From assembly GCA_964419775.1 (NCBI GenBank), contig CAYQRF010000003.1, forward strand, positions 1 to 62,262: a DNA stretch of 62,262 bases. Direction: 5' to 3'. Below the pieces are notes generated by a model. It was given only the letters and a program-made list of their open reading frames with translations, was not told the origin of the DNA and searched no databases. Numbering within the stretch: position 1 is the stretch's first letter; each line of letters starts with the position of its first letter. The DNA comes from an uncultured Rikenellaceae bacterium. Lineage in GTDB: Bacteria; Bacteroidota; Bacteroidia; Bacteroidales; VadinHA17. The position numbers and the translations under genes were made by a program. Positions 9,527 through 20,859 of the stretch are shown piece by piece.

Positions 9527-10774
9527 TTAAATTTCTGAAAGTCGTTTGGCAATCAATTCAAGTACATCATCTTCAAATGAATCCAAGTATATCTTGGTTG
9601 TCTCGATGGAAGAATGACCAAGTGCCTCAGAAATAACCTCGATTGGGATAAGACCACTTTTTAAAAACGTTGAAAAGCTATGCCGTGCCCAGTTGGTTGA
9701 TATCGGTCTTTCGAGACCCAAATCTTCTGAGATTTTCTTCATGTGTTTATTGATATTGCGTGTTAATGATTGAACCATATCACGTTGTTTCTTTGCACTC
9801 CATCCATGTTTCAGGATGTCGAAAATGTATGCATCGGCAGTTTTGTCCTGATTACCATAATCATCAATACATGACTGGATTTCAGGTGTAATGAGAATTC
9901 TTATCGGCTTGTTGCTAATTGTCATACTTTCGGTCTTGATACGCTCAATAATTATCTTATTACCAACTATATTCTTGTATTTCAAATGACAAATATCTGT
10001 CATGTTTATACCGTAGGCATGTAAGGCAAACCACCAGAATTTATATGCTTTAAGCTGCGCAGGAGTTTTTGGAATGTACTGTTTAAGTTTGGCTAATTGT
10101 TCGGTTGTTAACGCTTTCTTTTTTGTCTGCTCTGACTTGATTACGTATTTTTTATCACTTTTCTTTTGCGAGAACGGGTATTCTTCTTGTCTAACTAATC
10201 CTTGCCCAATCGCCATGTTGTAAATTGTTCGAAGGTTTCGGAGTGTGAGACCTATATAGTTTATTTTCTTTCCCGCTTTGCGCATAAATGCTTCATATTC
10301 ATTTAAGAAATCGACAGTTACCTGATTTAAATACAATCGCTTTCTGTAACTTTGAAATAAATTCCGTGAACTACGATATATCCCGGCATTGCCGACCTTG
10401 TCTTTCTTTTCCAGTTCAGCTATGTATTTGTCAAATAAGACATAAACATCATGGCTGACCAGATTTAGTTTGTCTTGTTTTTCAAATGCAATTTTGAATT
10501 TTTGAAATGTGAATGGTTCATCAATTTCTTTTAATGTGGCTTCAAACTTATCCCCTTCGTAGTAATCCAGCTTGGTTTTAATATCCCTCAGCTTCTGGTC
10601 TCGTAGCTTAGGACTGTTGATTTTTTCCCAATCCTTTTCGGTTAATTGTATAGGTAAGCCGAACAATCTGTTCTTCCCAAGGTAATATACATTTAATTTT
10701 ACAGGATATTTGCTATTTTTGAGTTCTTTACGTGTATCGAGATAGATGTTTGCTGTTGGTTTTGAAATAGCCAT
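9527..10774 (-). CDS. Tyrosine recombinase / site-specific integrase (Bacteroidetes type)
   Basis: N-terminal arm-binding region (YLDTRK..K.KYPVKL), RIKT, WARHSF, EALGHSSIETTKIYL. Confidence 0.92.
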   Translation of the reverse strand: MAISKPTANIYLDTRKELKNSKYPVKLNVYYLGKNRLFGLPIQLTEKDWEKINSPKLRDQKLRDIKTKLDYYEGDKFEATLKEIDEPFTFQKFKIAFEKQDKLNLVSHDVYVLFDKYIAELEKKDKVGNAGIYRSSRNLFQSYRKRLYLNQVTVDFLNEYEAFMRKAGKKINYIGLTLRNLRTIYNMAIGQGLVRQEEYPFSQKKSDKKYVIKSEQTKKKALTTEQLAKLKQYIPKTPAQLKAYKFWWFALHAYGINMTDICHLKYKNIVGNKIIIERIKTESMTISNKPIRILITPEIQSCIDDYGNQDKTADAYIFDILKHGWSAKKQRDMVQSLTRNINKHMKKISEDLGLERPISTNWARHSFSTFLKSGLIPIEVISEALGHSSIETTKIYLDSFEDDVLELIAKRLSEI

Positions 10775-10793
10775 GATTGTAGGTATTTAAAAG

Positions 10794-10840
10794 AATTTGC
10801 AATGAAATTTGCAATATAAAAATATTAAATGCAATGAAAT
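10794..10840. repeat. Short direct repeats, candidate integrase arm-type sites
   Basis: AATTTGCAAT at 10794 and 10806; TGCAATGAAAT at 10798 and 10830; located between int and the att core. Confidence 0.45.
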
Positions 10841-10945
10841 GAGTAAAACAGGCATGAATTAATATCAAATATAAACCATTGATTGACAGAATATTTATCA
10901 AATATAATGAAAAATAATGAATTGGGATTAAATTATGAAAATAAT

Positions 10946-10990
<45 letters not shown>

Positions 10991-11104
10991 AACCCTCCGC
11001 AGCCTTGGCGAAGGAGGGTCGCATAAAAAGTAAAGACAAGGCATGCCTTGTCTTTACATTTTCCGATAAGTTCCAACCATTATCTGTCCGAAATAAAATT
11101 TATA

Positions 11105-12346
11105 ATGAAAGCCGAAATAATAACCATAGGTGACGAACTGCTGATTGGCCAGACAATAGACACCAATTCAGCATGGATCGGCTCGGAACTGAGCATGGCA
11201 GGATTTGATGTCATGAAGAAGACATCCATCCATGATATCAGGGCTGACATTCTGAATGCTCTCGAAGAAGCTGAAGGGAGAAGCGATGTGGTAATTATAA
11301 CCGGTGGACTCGGGCCCACCAGCGATGACATCACCAAACCTGCCCTTTGTGATTTTTTCGGGACAAAGCTTGTGCTTAACCCGGAGGTACTTGCCATGGT
11401 AACGGAAATGATGAACAGGAGAAGCTTCCCCATGAACCTTAATAACATGAGACAGGCGGAGGTTCCCGAATCATGCAGGGTTCTTACAAACGCCGCCGGA
11501 ACGGCTCCGGGGATGTGGTTCGAAAGAGGAGGGACCATTTTCATTTCGCTCCCGGGGGTCCCGTCAGAGATGAAATACCTGATGAACACACATGTCCTGC
11601 CTGAGCTTAAGCAACGCTTCAGATCACAGGCAATTATTCATAGAAATATAATGACTTACGGAGCACCTGAAGCGCTGCTCGCCGAGAAACTTGAAGGCTT
11701 TGAGGCCGCATTGCCTGCCGGTATAAAGCTGGCCTATCTGCCTTCATCCGGTGTAATAAAGCTCCGTCTTACAGGAACAGGGCTGGATGCCGAATCGGTT
11801 GCTGAACTTGTTGAAGAGCGGGTTCGCTTGCTTTACTCGACAATACCCGACCTGATTTACGGAGAGGAGGGGGAGACCCTTGAGATGGCTGTGGGCAGGC
11901 TGCTCAGGGAAAGAGGGAAGAAGCTGGTGACTGCCGAAAGCTGCACCGGAGGCAATATTGCCAGACTCATAACAAGCGTGCCGGGAAGCTCTTATTATTT
12001 CACTGGTTCGATTGTTTCGTATGCCAACTCCGTCAAGACAAAGCTCCTGGGCGTGGATTACAAACTCATTGAAAACCACGGCGCAGTAAGCGAGCCTGTT
12101 GTAATAGCCATGGCCGAGGGAGCAAGAACCTTGCTCTCCGCCGATTATGCTGTGGCTACTTCGGGAATTGCCGGTCCCGACGGAGGAACGGAATCCAAAC
12201 CTGTCGGAACACTCTGGACAGCTGTCTCATCCGCTTCAGGGACAAAAGCCGAAATGCATACCTTCGGAGCCGACCGGCTTACGAACATCAACAGGTTCTC
12301 GAATGTTGCGCTCAATATGCTGAGAAAGCAGATACTCAGGGATTAA
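11105..12346 (+). CDS. cinA: CinA family protein (molybdopterin-binding domain plus NMN deamidase PncC domain)
   Basis: IGDELLIGQTIDTNS, GGLGPTSDD, AESCTGG, SGIAGPDGG. Confidence 0.92.
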   Translation: MKAEIITIGDELLIGQTIDTNSAWIGSELSMAGFDVMKKTSIHDIRADILNALEEAEGRSDVVIITGGLGPTSDDITKPALCDFFGTKLVLNPEVLAMVTEMMNRRSFPMNLNNMRQAEVPESCRVLTNAAGTAPGMWFERGGTIFISLPGVPSEMKYLMNTHVLPELKQRFRSQAIIHRNIMTYGAPEALLAEKLEGFEAALPAGIKLAYLPSSGVIKLRLTGTGLDAESVAELVEERVRLLYSTIPDLIYGEEGETLEMAVGRLLRERGKKLVTAESCTGGNIARLITSVPGSSYYFTGSIVSYANSVKTKLLGVDYKLIENHGAVSEPVVIAMAEGARTLLSADYAVATSGIAGPDGGTESKPVGTLWTAVSSASGTKAEMHTFGADRLTNINRFSNVALNMLRKQILRD

Positions 12347-12466
12347 GATGATTTTTTAATCATTGTTGAAAAAATTTGCAGCAATAATTTGGTTAATCAG
12401 ATTAAAATCACGTATTTTGCGCTTCATTTTTCAAAAAGACACAAGTAAAGAATAAATAGGGAATCA

Positions 12467-12709
12467 ATGGCAAAAGTTTGTCAGGTCACAGGAAAGAGGG
12501 CGGTTGTTGGGAACAATGTATCGCATTCAAAGAGAAGGACAAAGAGAAAGTTTTACCCCAATCTTTTTGTAAAGAAATATTATTTGCCGGAGGAGGAAAG
12601 GTGGATTACACTAAAAGTATCTGCTGCAGGAATCCGCACTATAAATAAGAAAGGCCTCACGGCTGTTCTTAAGGAAGCAAAGGTAAAAGGTCACATTGTG
12701 AATTATTAA
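12467..12709 (+). CDS. rpmB: 50S ribosomal protein L28
   Basis: [26 protein letters not shown]. Confidence 0.97.
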   Translation: MAKVCQVTGKRAVVGNNVSHSKRRTKRKFYPNLFVKKYYLPEEERWITLKVSAAGIRTINKKGLTAVLKEAKVKGHIVNY

Positions 12710-12723
12710 AATAAGATCAGGAA

Positions 12724-12912
12724 ATGGCAAAGAAGGCTAAGGGGAACAGGCAGCAGGTCATCCTGGAATGCACCGAGCAAAAGGAGAGCGGTGTACCGGG
12801 GATGTCGCGCTATATAACAACAAAAAACAGGAAGAATACACCTGACCGTCTTGAAAGAAGGAAATACAACCCCAACCTCAAGAAAGTCACCGTTCACAGA
12901 GAAATCAAGTAA
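12724..12912 (+). CDS. rpmG: 50S ribosomal protein L33
   Basis: [10 protein letters not shown]...[23 protein letters not shown]. Confidence 0.97.
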   Translation: MAKKAKGNRQQVILECTEQKESGVPGMSRYITTKNRKNTPDRLERRKYNPNLKKVTVHREIK

Positions 12913-12924
12913 AAGCATAATACC

Positions 12925-13080
12925 ATGGCAAAGAAAGTAGTAGCAACACTTAAAACCGGTACCGGCAAGTCTTTTACCAAATGCATCAAGATGACCAGGT
13001 CGGAAAAAAGCGGATCATATCAGTTCAAGGAAGAGGTGGTTCATAATGATCATATCAAGGACTTTTTCACGAAGAAATAG
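12925..13080 (+). CDS. DUF4295 family small protein (51 aa; absent from the ORF track)
   Basis: Translated by hand as MAKKVVATLKTGTGKSFTKCIKMTRSEKSGSYQFKEEVVHNDHIKDFFTKK; conserved position after rpmG in Bacteroidetes. Confidence 0.85.
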   Translation: MAKKVVATLKTGTGKSFTKCIKMTRSEKSGSYQFKEEVVHNDHIKDFFTKK

Positions 13081-13104
13081 TACCATCGTTTTCAATCAGA
13101 TATC

Positions 13105-13139
13105 AAAGGCTTTCTTCGTACCTGAAGAAAGCTTTTTTT
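13105..13139 (+). terminator. Intrinsic terminator after the rpmB-rpmG-DUF4295 operon
   Basis: AAAGGCTTTCTTC-gtacct-GAAGAAAGCTTTTTTT; abuts a TATATTTG -7 element (13139-13146) for ftsY. Confidence 0.7.
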
Positions 13140-13167
13140 ATATTTGCCATTCAAAAATAATTTCTTC

Positions 13168-14133
13168 ATGGGTTGGTTCGGATTTGGAAGCAAGGAGAAC
13201 AAGGAGGTCCTTAACAAAGGCCTTGAAAAAACAAAGGAGAATGTCTTTACAAGATTGTCCAGGGCAGTTGTCGGCAAATCAAAGGTTGACGACGAAGTCC
13301 TCGACAACCTTGAGGAAGCTCTCGTGTCATCCGATGTCGGTGTAGAAACCACGCTCAGGATCATTGAGCGCATAGAAGCGAGGGCGGCAAGGGATAAATA
13401 CCTTAATACTGCAGAGCTCAACATGATACTAAGAGAAGAAATTGCAGCCCTCCTTGAAAGCAACAAGACAGGTTCTGTCGTCGATTTCACATCACAACTC
13501 CCGGGTTCTCCTTACATTATCATGGTGGTGGGGGTGAACGGTTCGGGAAAAACCACCACTATCGCAAAACTGGCTTACCAGTACAGGATGGCAGGAAAGA
13601 AAGTTCTGCTCGGAGCTGCCGATACCTTCAGGGCGGCTGCAATCGACCAGCTTCAGATATGGGCCGACAGGGCAGGGGTTCAGATTGTCAGGCAGAATAT
13701 GGGATCCGATCCGGCCTCGGTTGCCTTTGATTCAGTAAAATCGGGTGTTGCCGGAAATTATGATGTGGTCATTATCGATACTGCCGGAAGGCTCCACAAC
13801 AAGATAAACCTTATGACGGAGCTTTCGAAAATCAAACGGGTAATGGAAAAAGTTGTGCCCGAGGCTCCCCATGAGGTACTTCTTGTGCTTGACGGATCGA
13901 CCGGCCAGAATGCTTTTGAACAGGCAAAGCAGTTTATCGCTGCCACCAGCGTTACAGCCCTCGCCATAACAAAACTCGACGGCACAGCAAAGGGCGGAGT
14001 TGTAATAGGTATTTCCGACCAGTTCGGGATACCAGTGAAATATATAGGTCTGGGGGAAAAACTGACCGATCTTCAGGTATTCAGCCCCCGGGAATTCGTC
14101 GATTCCCTTTTCTCACAGGAAACAGGCATTTAA
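13168..14133 (+). CDS. ftsY: Signal recognition particle receptor FtsY
   Basis: GVNGSGKTTT, DTFRAAA, DTAGR, TKLDGTAKGG. Confidence 0.96.
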   Translation: MGWFGFGSKENKEVLNKGLEKTKENVFTRLSRAVVGKSKVDDEVLDNLEEALVSSDVGVETTLRIIERIEARAARDKYLNTAELNMILREEIAALLESNKTGSVVDFTSQLPGSPYIIMVVGVNGSGKTTTIAKLAYQYRMAGKKVLLGAADTFRAAAIDQLQIWADRAGVQIVRQNMGSDPASVAFDSVKSGVAGNYDVVIIDTAGRLHNKINLMTELSKIKRVMEKVVPEAPHEVLLVLDGSTGQNAFEQAKQFIAATSVTALAITKLDGTAKGGVVIGISDQFGIPVKYIGLGEKLTDLQVFSPREFVDSLFSQETGI

Positions 14134-14149
14134 CACAATACTTCCCGCA

Positions 14150-15457
14150 TTGCAGAAAGGCCCCGACAATAAGCTTATCAATATAATAACACTGGGTTGT
14201 TCCAAGAACACGGTTGACTCGGAAAAACTTCTCAGGCAGATCACGGCAGGAGGTTATTCCGTTACGTACGATCCATCGGCCGAAACTGCCGATACGGTAA
14301 TTATTAACACCTGTGGTTTCATCAACGATGCAAAGGAGGAAAGCATCGACACCATCCTTCGCTATGTAAAAGCCAGCCGCGAAGGCCGTGTCGGGAAGCT
14401 GTATGTAATGGGCTGTCTTTCGGAACGATACCGGGATGCCCTTCAGCAGGAGATACCTGAAGTGGATAAATACTTCGGAGTCAACAATATGGAAGAGATT
14501 CTGCAGGAGCTGGGCACTGGCACCCGCAGGGAACTCCTTCCCGAAAGAGTTCTCACTGGCCCCTCACATTATGCTTACCTGAAAGTATCTGAGGGCTGTG
14601 ACAGGAAATGTTCTTTCTGTGCCATACCACTGATCAGGGGCAGGTATATTTCACGTCCGGCTGATGAGATAGTCAGGGAAGCCGAAATACTTGCGGACAA
14701 CGGTGTCAGGGAATTGATACTCATAGCACAGGACCTCGGTTACTACGGACTTGACATTTACGGAAAGAGGGAGCTGCCCCGGCTTGTTTCACAGCTCCTG
14801 TCTATCGGGTCTCTGGAATGGATCAGGCTTCATTACCTTTATCCGGCAGGATTTCCATCAGGAATAATCGACCTGATGAAGAACAATCCCAGAATCTGCA
14901 GTTATGTAGATATTCCTGTCCAGCATATATCCGACAGGATGCTCAGGATTATGAAACGATCGCACGGAGGGAAGGCAACCCGCGACCTCCTTCACAGGAT
15001 AAGGCGTGAACTCCCCGGAGCGGCCGTAAGGACAACTCTCATTGCCGGTCATCCCGGTGAAACTGATAAAGATTACAATGAGCTCAGGGATTTCATTTCT
15101 GAATTCAGGTTCGACCGGCTTGGTGTTTTTGCCTACAGCCACGAAGAGGGAACATATTCCGGAGAGAAGTATACTGATGACGTTCCTGAAACAGTAAAAG
15201 AATCAAGGGTATCCGAACTTATGGCAATCCAGCAGTCGATTTCCGCCGAACTCAACGGCCAGAAAACCGGCCGTGTCTTGAAAGTCATTATCGACAGGAG
15301 GGAAGGGGACTATTTTATAGGAAGAACTGAACACGACAGCCCCGAGGTTGACAATGAAGTCCTGATAAGTACCTCAGATAAGCTTGTTCCCGGCAGTTTC
15401 CGCGACATACTGATAACCGGGTCTGCTGAATTCGACCTATTCGGAACCACGGTATAA
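14150..15457 (+). CDS. rimO: Ribosomal protein S12 methylthiotransferase
   Basis: LGCSKNTVDSE, radical SAM CDRKCSFC, C-terminal TRAM with DSPEVD. Confidence 0.93.
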   Translation: MQKGPDNKLINIITLGCSKNTVDSEKLLRQITAGGYSVTYDPSAETADTVIINTCGFINDAKEESIDTILRYVKASREGRVGKLYVMGCLSERYRDALQQEIPEVDKYFGVNNMEEILQELGTGTRRELLPERVLTGPSHYAYLKVSEGCDRKCSFCAIPLIRGRYISRPADEIVREAEILADNGVRELILIAQDLGYYGLDIYGKRELPRLVSQLLSIGSLEWIRLHYLYPAGFPSGIIDLMKNNPRICSYVDIPVQHISDRMLRIMKRSHGGKATRDLLHRIRRELPGAAVRTTLIAGHPGETDKDYNELRDFISEFRFDRLGVFAYSHEEGTYSGEKYTDDVPETVKESRVSELMAIQQSISAELNGQKTGRVLKVIIDRREGDYFIGRTEHDSPEVDNEVLISTSDKLVPGSFRDILITGSAEFDLFGTTV

Positions 15458-15475
15458 AATCCTTCCTGAAAGGAC

Positions 15476-18013
15476 CTATTCAGCCGATGGAATTTCAGGC
15501 TCCTTCTTCTTGAGTATCTTGATCTTTATCTCCGATTTGGCGGAGTTGAACCCGACATTAATTGTATCACCCTCCTTGAGTTCAGCTTTTATAAGGACTT
15601 CAGCCATGGGGTCCTCAAGATATTTCTGAATTGCCCGTTTAAGAGGCCTGGCACCATAATTTGCATCAAATCCCCTTTCAGCAATGTAATCGCGTGCGGC
15701 AGTTGCAATCTTAAGCTGGTAGCCAAGAGAGTTCACCCTGTCGTACAATCCCTTTAATTCGAGGTCAATGATCTTGTTAATCTCCTCTTTACCAAGGGAG
15801 TTGAACATGATCACGTCATCGATCCTGTTGAGAAATTCCGGAGCAAAGGTTTTCTGGAGGGCTTTCTGAAGTATACTTTTTGCCTGCTCGTCACGAGTGG
15901 CTTTCTTTGCACTGGTATCAAAGCCGATACCATGACCGAACTCTGCCAGCTGACGTGTTCCGATATTTGAAGTAAGAATAACGATTGTATTGCGGAAATC
16001 AACTCTTCTGCCGAGGCTGTCGGTAAGCTGCCCTTCATCGAGTACCTGAAGCAGTATGTGAAACACATCTGGATGAGCCTTTTCAATTTCATCCAGAAGA
16101 ACCACTGAGTAAGGTTTTCTTCTTACCTTTTCAGTAAGCTGCCCGCCTTCCTCATAACCCACGTATCCGGGAGGCGCTCCAACGAGCCTCGATACAGAGA
16201 ATTTTTCCATGTACTCGCTCATGTCGACCCTGATGAGGTTGTCGGTTGTATCGAAAAGGAATTTTGCAAGCACCTTTGCAAGCTGTGTCTTGCCAACGCC
16301 AGTGGGGCCGAGGAAGATGAAGGTTCCGATGGGCTTGTTGGGATCTTTCAAACCGGCCCTGTTCCTTTGTATCGATTTCACCACCTTGTTGATAGCTTCA
16401 TTCTGGCCAATAACGCTTCCGCTCAGTTCATCCGCCATTTTTAGCAGGCGGGTTCCTTCAGTCTGAGCAATTCGCTGCACCGGAACGCCTGTCATCATGG
16501 CGACAACTTCGGCAACCTTTTCAGCATCAACAGTCTCCCTGTTAATTGCAAGTTCCTTTTCCCACTTTTTCTTTTCCTGGTCAATCATGTCAAGAAGGTC
16601 CTTTTCCTTGTCGCGGAAGCTGGCAGCCTTCTCGAAATTCTGATTTTTCACTGCCATCATTTTCTCCTTCTTGGTATCCTCGAGCTGTTTCTCGAGCGAA
16701 AGGATCTTTTCCGGAACGACAATATTCGAAATATGGACTCTTGAACCCGATTCATCGAGGGCATCAATCGCTTTGTCGGGAAGGTGCCGGTCGGATATAT
16801 AACGGTTGGTAAGTTTTACACAGGCATCAATGGCATCGTCGGTATACATGACATTATGATGTTCCTCATACCTTTCCTTTATGTTGTGAAGGATATGGAT
16901 GGTCTCTTCGATTGAAGTAGGTTCAACCATCACTTTCTGGAATCTTCTTTCGAGGGCTCCGTCTTTTTCTATATGCTGGCGGTATTCATCGAGGGTTGTT
17001 GCACCGATGCACTGAATCTCACCGCGCGCAAGGGCCGGCTTCAGCATATTAGCTGCATCGAGCGATCCTGTGGCGCCTCCGGCCCCGACTATTGTGTGGA
17101 TCTCGTCAATAAACAGGATAATGTTGTCATTCTTCGACAATTCATTGAGGATGGCTTTCATTCTTTCCTCAAACTGTCCGCGGTATTTTGTACCCGCCAC
17201 AATTGAAGCCAGGTCGAGCGCTACCACTCTTTTATTAAACAGCACCCTTGATACGTTCTTCTTTATTATCCTCAGTGCAAGTCCTTCGGCAATGGCTGAT
17301 TTACCCACTCCCGGCTCGCCGATCAGAACGGGATTGTTCTTCTTTCTCCTCGAGAGTATCTGTGCCAGACGTTCTATTTCCCTTTCACGGCCAACCACCG
17401 GGTCGAGTTTTCCTTCCTCCGCGGCTTTTGTCAGGTCAATTCCGAAGTTATCCAGAACAGGAGTATCGGATGAGGGTTTCGAAGATGATGATGAAGGCTG
17501 GCCTCTTCCGGTTCCGCCGCCTCCAAATGATTGTCCCTCATCGTCCTCTTCACGGGGGAAATCGGCTTTTGCACTCGGCAGGCCTGCTTCAACGGCTCTT
17601 CTGACTGCCTGGTAATCAACATCCAGCTCGGTAAGAAACCTTGTCACCAATGCATTCTCATCCTTAAGTATTGCCAGAAGAAGATGCTCCGAGTCGATTA
17701 CCGGGCTCTTAAGTGACTTTGCTTCAAGGTACACCAGTTTCAGAATCCTCTCCGTGCTTCTGAGCAGGGGAATTATCTCCGTGTCAGCCACTGATACTGG
17801 ACTTTCTATTTTTATGCTTTTTTCAAGCGAGCCCTTAAGCACCAGCAGGTCTATGCCCTGGTTCAGAAGTATCTCAACTGCCACACCCTCTCCATCCCTG
17901 AGGATGCCAAGGAATAGATGCTCCGGGCTTATATGACTGTTTCCCAACCTGATGGCTTCTTCCTTGCTGTATCCCAGGATATCCTTAACCCTTTGTGAAA
18001 ACTGTGAATCCAT
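15476..18013 (-). CDS. clpC: ATP-dependent Clp protease ATP-binding subunit ClpC
   Basis: Clp N domain, two Walker A motifs (GEPGVGKS, GPTGVGKT), UVR-like coil, GARPL. Confidence 0.93.
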   Translation of the reverse strand: MDSQFSQRVKDILGYSKEEAIRLGNSHISPEHLFLGILRDGEGVAVEILLNQGIDLLVLKGSLEKSIKIESPVSVADTEIIPLLRSTERILKLVYLEAKSLKSPVIDSEHLLLAILKDENALVTRFLTELDVDYQAVRRAVEAGLPSAKADFPREEDDEGQSFGGGGTGRGQPSSSSSKPSSDTPVLDNFGIDLTKAAEEGKLDPVVGREREIERLAQILSRRKKNNPVLIGEPGVGKSAIAEGLALRIIKKNVSRVLFNKRVVALDLASIVAGTKYRGQFEERMKAILNELSKNDNIILFIDEIHTIVGAGGATGSLDAANMLKPALARGEIQCIGATTLDEYRQHIEKDGALERRFQKVMVEPTSIEETIHILHNIKERYEEHHNVMYTDDAIDACVKLTNRYISDRHLPDKAIDALDESGSRVHISNIVVPEKILSLEKQLEDTKKEKMMAVKNQNFEKAASFRDKEKDLLDMIDQEKKKWEKELAINRETVDAEKVAEVVAMMTGVPVQRIAQTEGTRLLKMADELSGSVIGQNEAINKVVKSIQRNRAGLKDPNKPIGTFIFLGPTGVGKTQLAKVLAKFLFDTTDNLIRVDMSEYMEKFSVSRLVGAPPGYVGYEEGGQLTEKVRRKPYSVVLLDEIEKAHPDVFHILLQVLDEGQLTDSLGRRVDFRNTIVILTSNIGTRQLAEFGHGIGFDTSAKKATRDEQAKSILQKALQKTFAPEFLNRIDDVIMFNSLGKEEINKIIDLELKGLYDRVNSLGYQLKIATAARDYIAERGFDANYGARPLKRAIQKYLEDPMAEVLIKAELKEGDTINVGFNSAKSEIKIKILKKKEPEIPSAE

Positions 18014-18272
18014 AATTAGTTCCTGAATATTTTAATGACAATCATGTCATAAGCCATAATGTCAGACGTATTGCGACAAAATTACTGATTCCATGAAAAT
18101 CAAAGTTAAATTTAATAGAATATATGAAAGGCAATTTTCATGCCCATTTATAAACAATTAATGTTAAAAAGTCACCGCCCCGAATGGTCTCCGGCAACTA
18201 AAAATTCACTACTTTCGTAATCAAATCCGTTCCTTGCAGGGACGGGTGTATCTTTTTAATTTATAAATTATT

Positions 18273-20798
18273 ATGTCAGAGAGAGAGAGAGTAATTCAGG
18301 TAAATATAGAGGAAGAGATGAAATCGGCATATATCGACTATTCCATGTCGGTTATTGTGTCGAGGGCATTGCCTGATGTAAGGGACGGGCTCAAGCCGGT
18401 ACACCGGCGTGTGCTTTTCGGAATGTCGGAACTTGGCGTACTGTCGAACAGACCATATAAGAAATCAGCCAGGATAGTGGGGGAGGTGCTTGGTAAATAC
18501 CATCCACATGGTGATTCATCGGTGTATGATGCCATGGTAAGGATGGCTCAGGACTGGTCATTGCGTTATCCCCTTGTTGAAGGTCAGGGTAACTTTGGTT
18601 CGATCGACGGCGACAGTCCGGCTGCTATGAGGTACACCGAGGCAAGGCTGAAAAAAATTGCAGAAGAGACTTTGTCGGATATAGACAAGGAGACAGTTGA
18701 CTTCCAGCCTAATTTTGATGACTCGCTCAGCGAGCCGGTGGTTCTTCCGACAAGGATTCCGATTCTGCTTGTCAACGGTGCATCAGGAATTGCCGTCGGT
18801 ATGGCAACCAATATGCCGCCGCACAACCTGTCGGAGATAATCGACGCCACCATTGCATTTATCGACAACAATGAAATCACCACGGCCGAGCTTCATAAAT
18901 ATGTAAAGGGTCCTGATTTCCCGACCGGCGGCATCATCTACGGCGAACAGGGGATAAGGGATGCATTTGAAACCGGCAGGGGAAGGATAGTACTGAGGGG
19001 AAAAACCGAGATCGAGCTTACTCATTCAGGCCGCGAGTGTATCATAGTCAGGGAGATCCCGTATATGGTGAACAAGGCTGAGATGATACGCCGCATAGCA
19101 GACCTTATAAACGAAAAGAGGCTGGAAGGCATATCCTACATCAATGATGAATCGGACCGTAACGGTATGCGCGTTGTAATCATCCTTAAAAAGGATGCAA
19201 GCTCAAACGTGGTCCTGAATAATCTGTACAAGCTCTCTTCGCTTCAAACCTCCTTCAACGTTAACAATGTGGCACTTGTAAGAGGCAGGCCCCGAATTCT
19301 GAACCTGAAAGAGCTTATCGACCACTTTGTAAAACACCGTCACCAGGTTATTATAAGAAGGAGCAGATATGATCTGAGTCAGGCAGAGAAAAGGGCTCAT
19401 ATACTTGAAGGACTGATTATTGCAAGCGATAATATCGACGAGGTGATAGCCATAATCAAATCATCCAAAAACCCGGATGATGCAAGGGAAAGGCTTATGG
19501 AACGCTTCAGCCTGTCGGAAATTCAGGCGAGGGCCATCGTCGAAATGAGATTGAGACAGCTGACCGGACTTGAACAGGAGAAGCTCAGGGATGAATACAG
19601 CGAAGTGATGGCTCTTATCGATTACCTGAAGAGCGTTCTTGCGAGCGAAGAACTTCAGATGAAGATAATCAAGGATGAGCTTTTCGAAGTAAAGGAAAAA
19701 TACGGTGATTCAAGGCGGACTGAAATTGTCCCTGATGCCGGTGAATTCAATCCTGAAGACTTCTATGCCGACGATGAAATGGTAATTACTATTTCACATC
19801 TGGGTTATATCAAAAGGACCCCGCTTACCGAATTCAGACGCCAGAACAGGGGCGGTACAGGTGCAAAGGGAGGTTCCACAAGGGACGAGGACTTCATCGA
19901 GCATCTCTACATCGCGACGATGCACAATACAATGCTCTTCTTTACAAAGAACGGCAAATGCTACTGGATGAAGGTTTATAGTATTCCGGAAGGATCAAGA
20001 ACATCGAAGGGGAGAGCCATGCAGAACCTTATAAACATCGAACCCGACGACAGCGTCATGGCATATATTAATGTGAAGAACCTTAATGATCCCGATTACA
20101 TAAACAATAACTTCATTGTTCTCTGTACCAGAAAGGGCATCATTAAGAAGACTTCGCTTGAAGCTTACTCGCGGCCCAGGACTAACGGTGTGAATGCCAT
20201 AACAGTCAGGGACGGGGATGAACTTCTGGAAGCCAAAATGACAAATGGCAAACATCAGATAATGATGGCAGTGAAATCGGGAAGGGCAATCAGATTCCCA
20301 GAGGAGGCTGTAAGACCAATGGGAAGAACTGCATCCGGAGTGAGAGGAATAAGGCTTGCTGATGAAGAAACTGATATTGTCGTGGGAATGATCACCATTG
20401 AGAACGGCGAAAAAAACGTACTCGTGGTATCCGAAAATGGCTACGGCAAACGCTCTGATATTGAGGACTACCGCATAACAAACAGGGGAGGAAAAGGAGT
20501 CAGGACTATTAATGTAACCGAAAAGACCGGATCACTGATCGCCCTGAAGGATGTAACTGATAATGACGACCTCATGATAATAACCCAGTTCGGAAACATA
20601 CTCCGAAGCCCGGTCGCTGCCCTCAGACTTATGGGAAGAGCAACCCAGGGAGTGCGTTTAATTAACCTCCGGGAGACAGATACAATTGCATCTGTTGCCA
20701 CAGTGGCAGTAAATGAAGAATCAGATGATGCTGATAAAGAAGGTGTTGCAAATACAAATGAAAATACCGAGGAAATTGGCAAAGAATTTGAAGATTAA
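18273..20798 (+). CDS. gyrA: DNA gyrase subunit A
   Basis: [30 protein letters not shown], GyrA box QNRGGTG. Confidence 0.97.
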   Translation: MSERERVIQVNIEEEMKSAYIDYSMSVIVSRALPDVRDGLKPVHRRVLFGMSELGVLSNRPYKKSARIVGEVLGKYHPHGDSSVYDAMVRMAQDWSLRYPLVEGQGNFGSIDGDSPAAMRYTEARLKKIAEETLSDIDKETVDFQPNFDDSLSEPVVLPTRIPILLVNGASGIAVGMATNMPPHNLSEIIDATIAFIDNNEITTAELHKYVKGPDFPTGGIIYGEQGIRDAFETGRGRIVLRGKTEIELTHSGRECIIVREIPYMVNKAEMIRRIADLINEKRLEGISYINDESDRNGMRVVIILKKDASSNVVLNNLYKLSSLQTSFNVNNVALVRGRPRILNLKELIDHFVKHRHQVIIRRSRYDLSQAEKRAHILEGLIIASDNIDEVIAIIKSSKNPDDARERLMERFSLSEIQARAIVEMRLRQLTGLEQEKLRDEYSEVMALIDYLKSVLASEELQMKIIKDELFEVKEKYGDSRRTEIVPDAGEFNPEDFYADDEMVITISHLGYIKRTPLTEFRRQNRGGTGAKGGSTRDEDFIEHLYIATMHNTMLFFTKNGKCYWMKVYSIPEGSRTSKGRAMQNLINIEPDDSVMAYINVKNLNDPDYINNNFIVLCTRKGIIKKTSLEAYSRPRTNGVNAITVRDGDELLEAKMTNGKHQIMMAVKSGRAIRFPEEAVRPMGRTASGVRGIRLADEETDIVVGMITIENGEKNVLVVSENGYGKRSDIEDYRITNRGGKGVRTINVTEKTGSLIALKDVTDNDDLMIITQFGNILRSPVAALRLMGRATQGVRLINLRETDTIASVATVAVNEESDDADKEGVANTNENTEEIGKEFED

Positions 20799-20859
20799 TA
20801 AGTAAAGTTTTAAATTTGAAAAGTTTTTTAGGACAATTAATTAAACAAATGCGATAATT

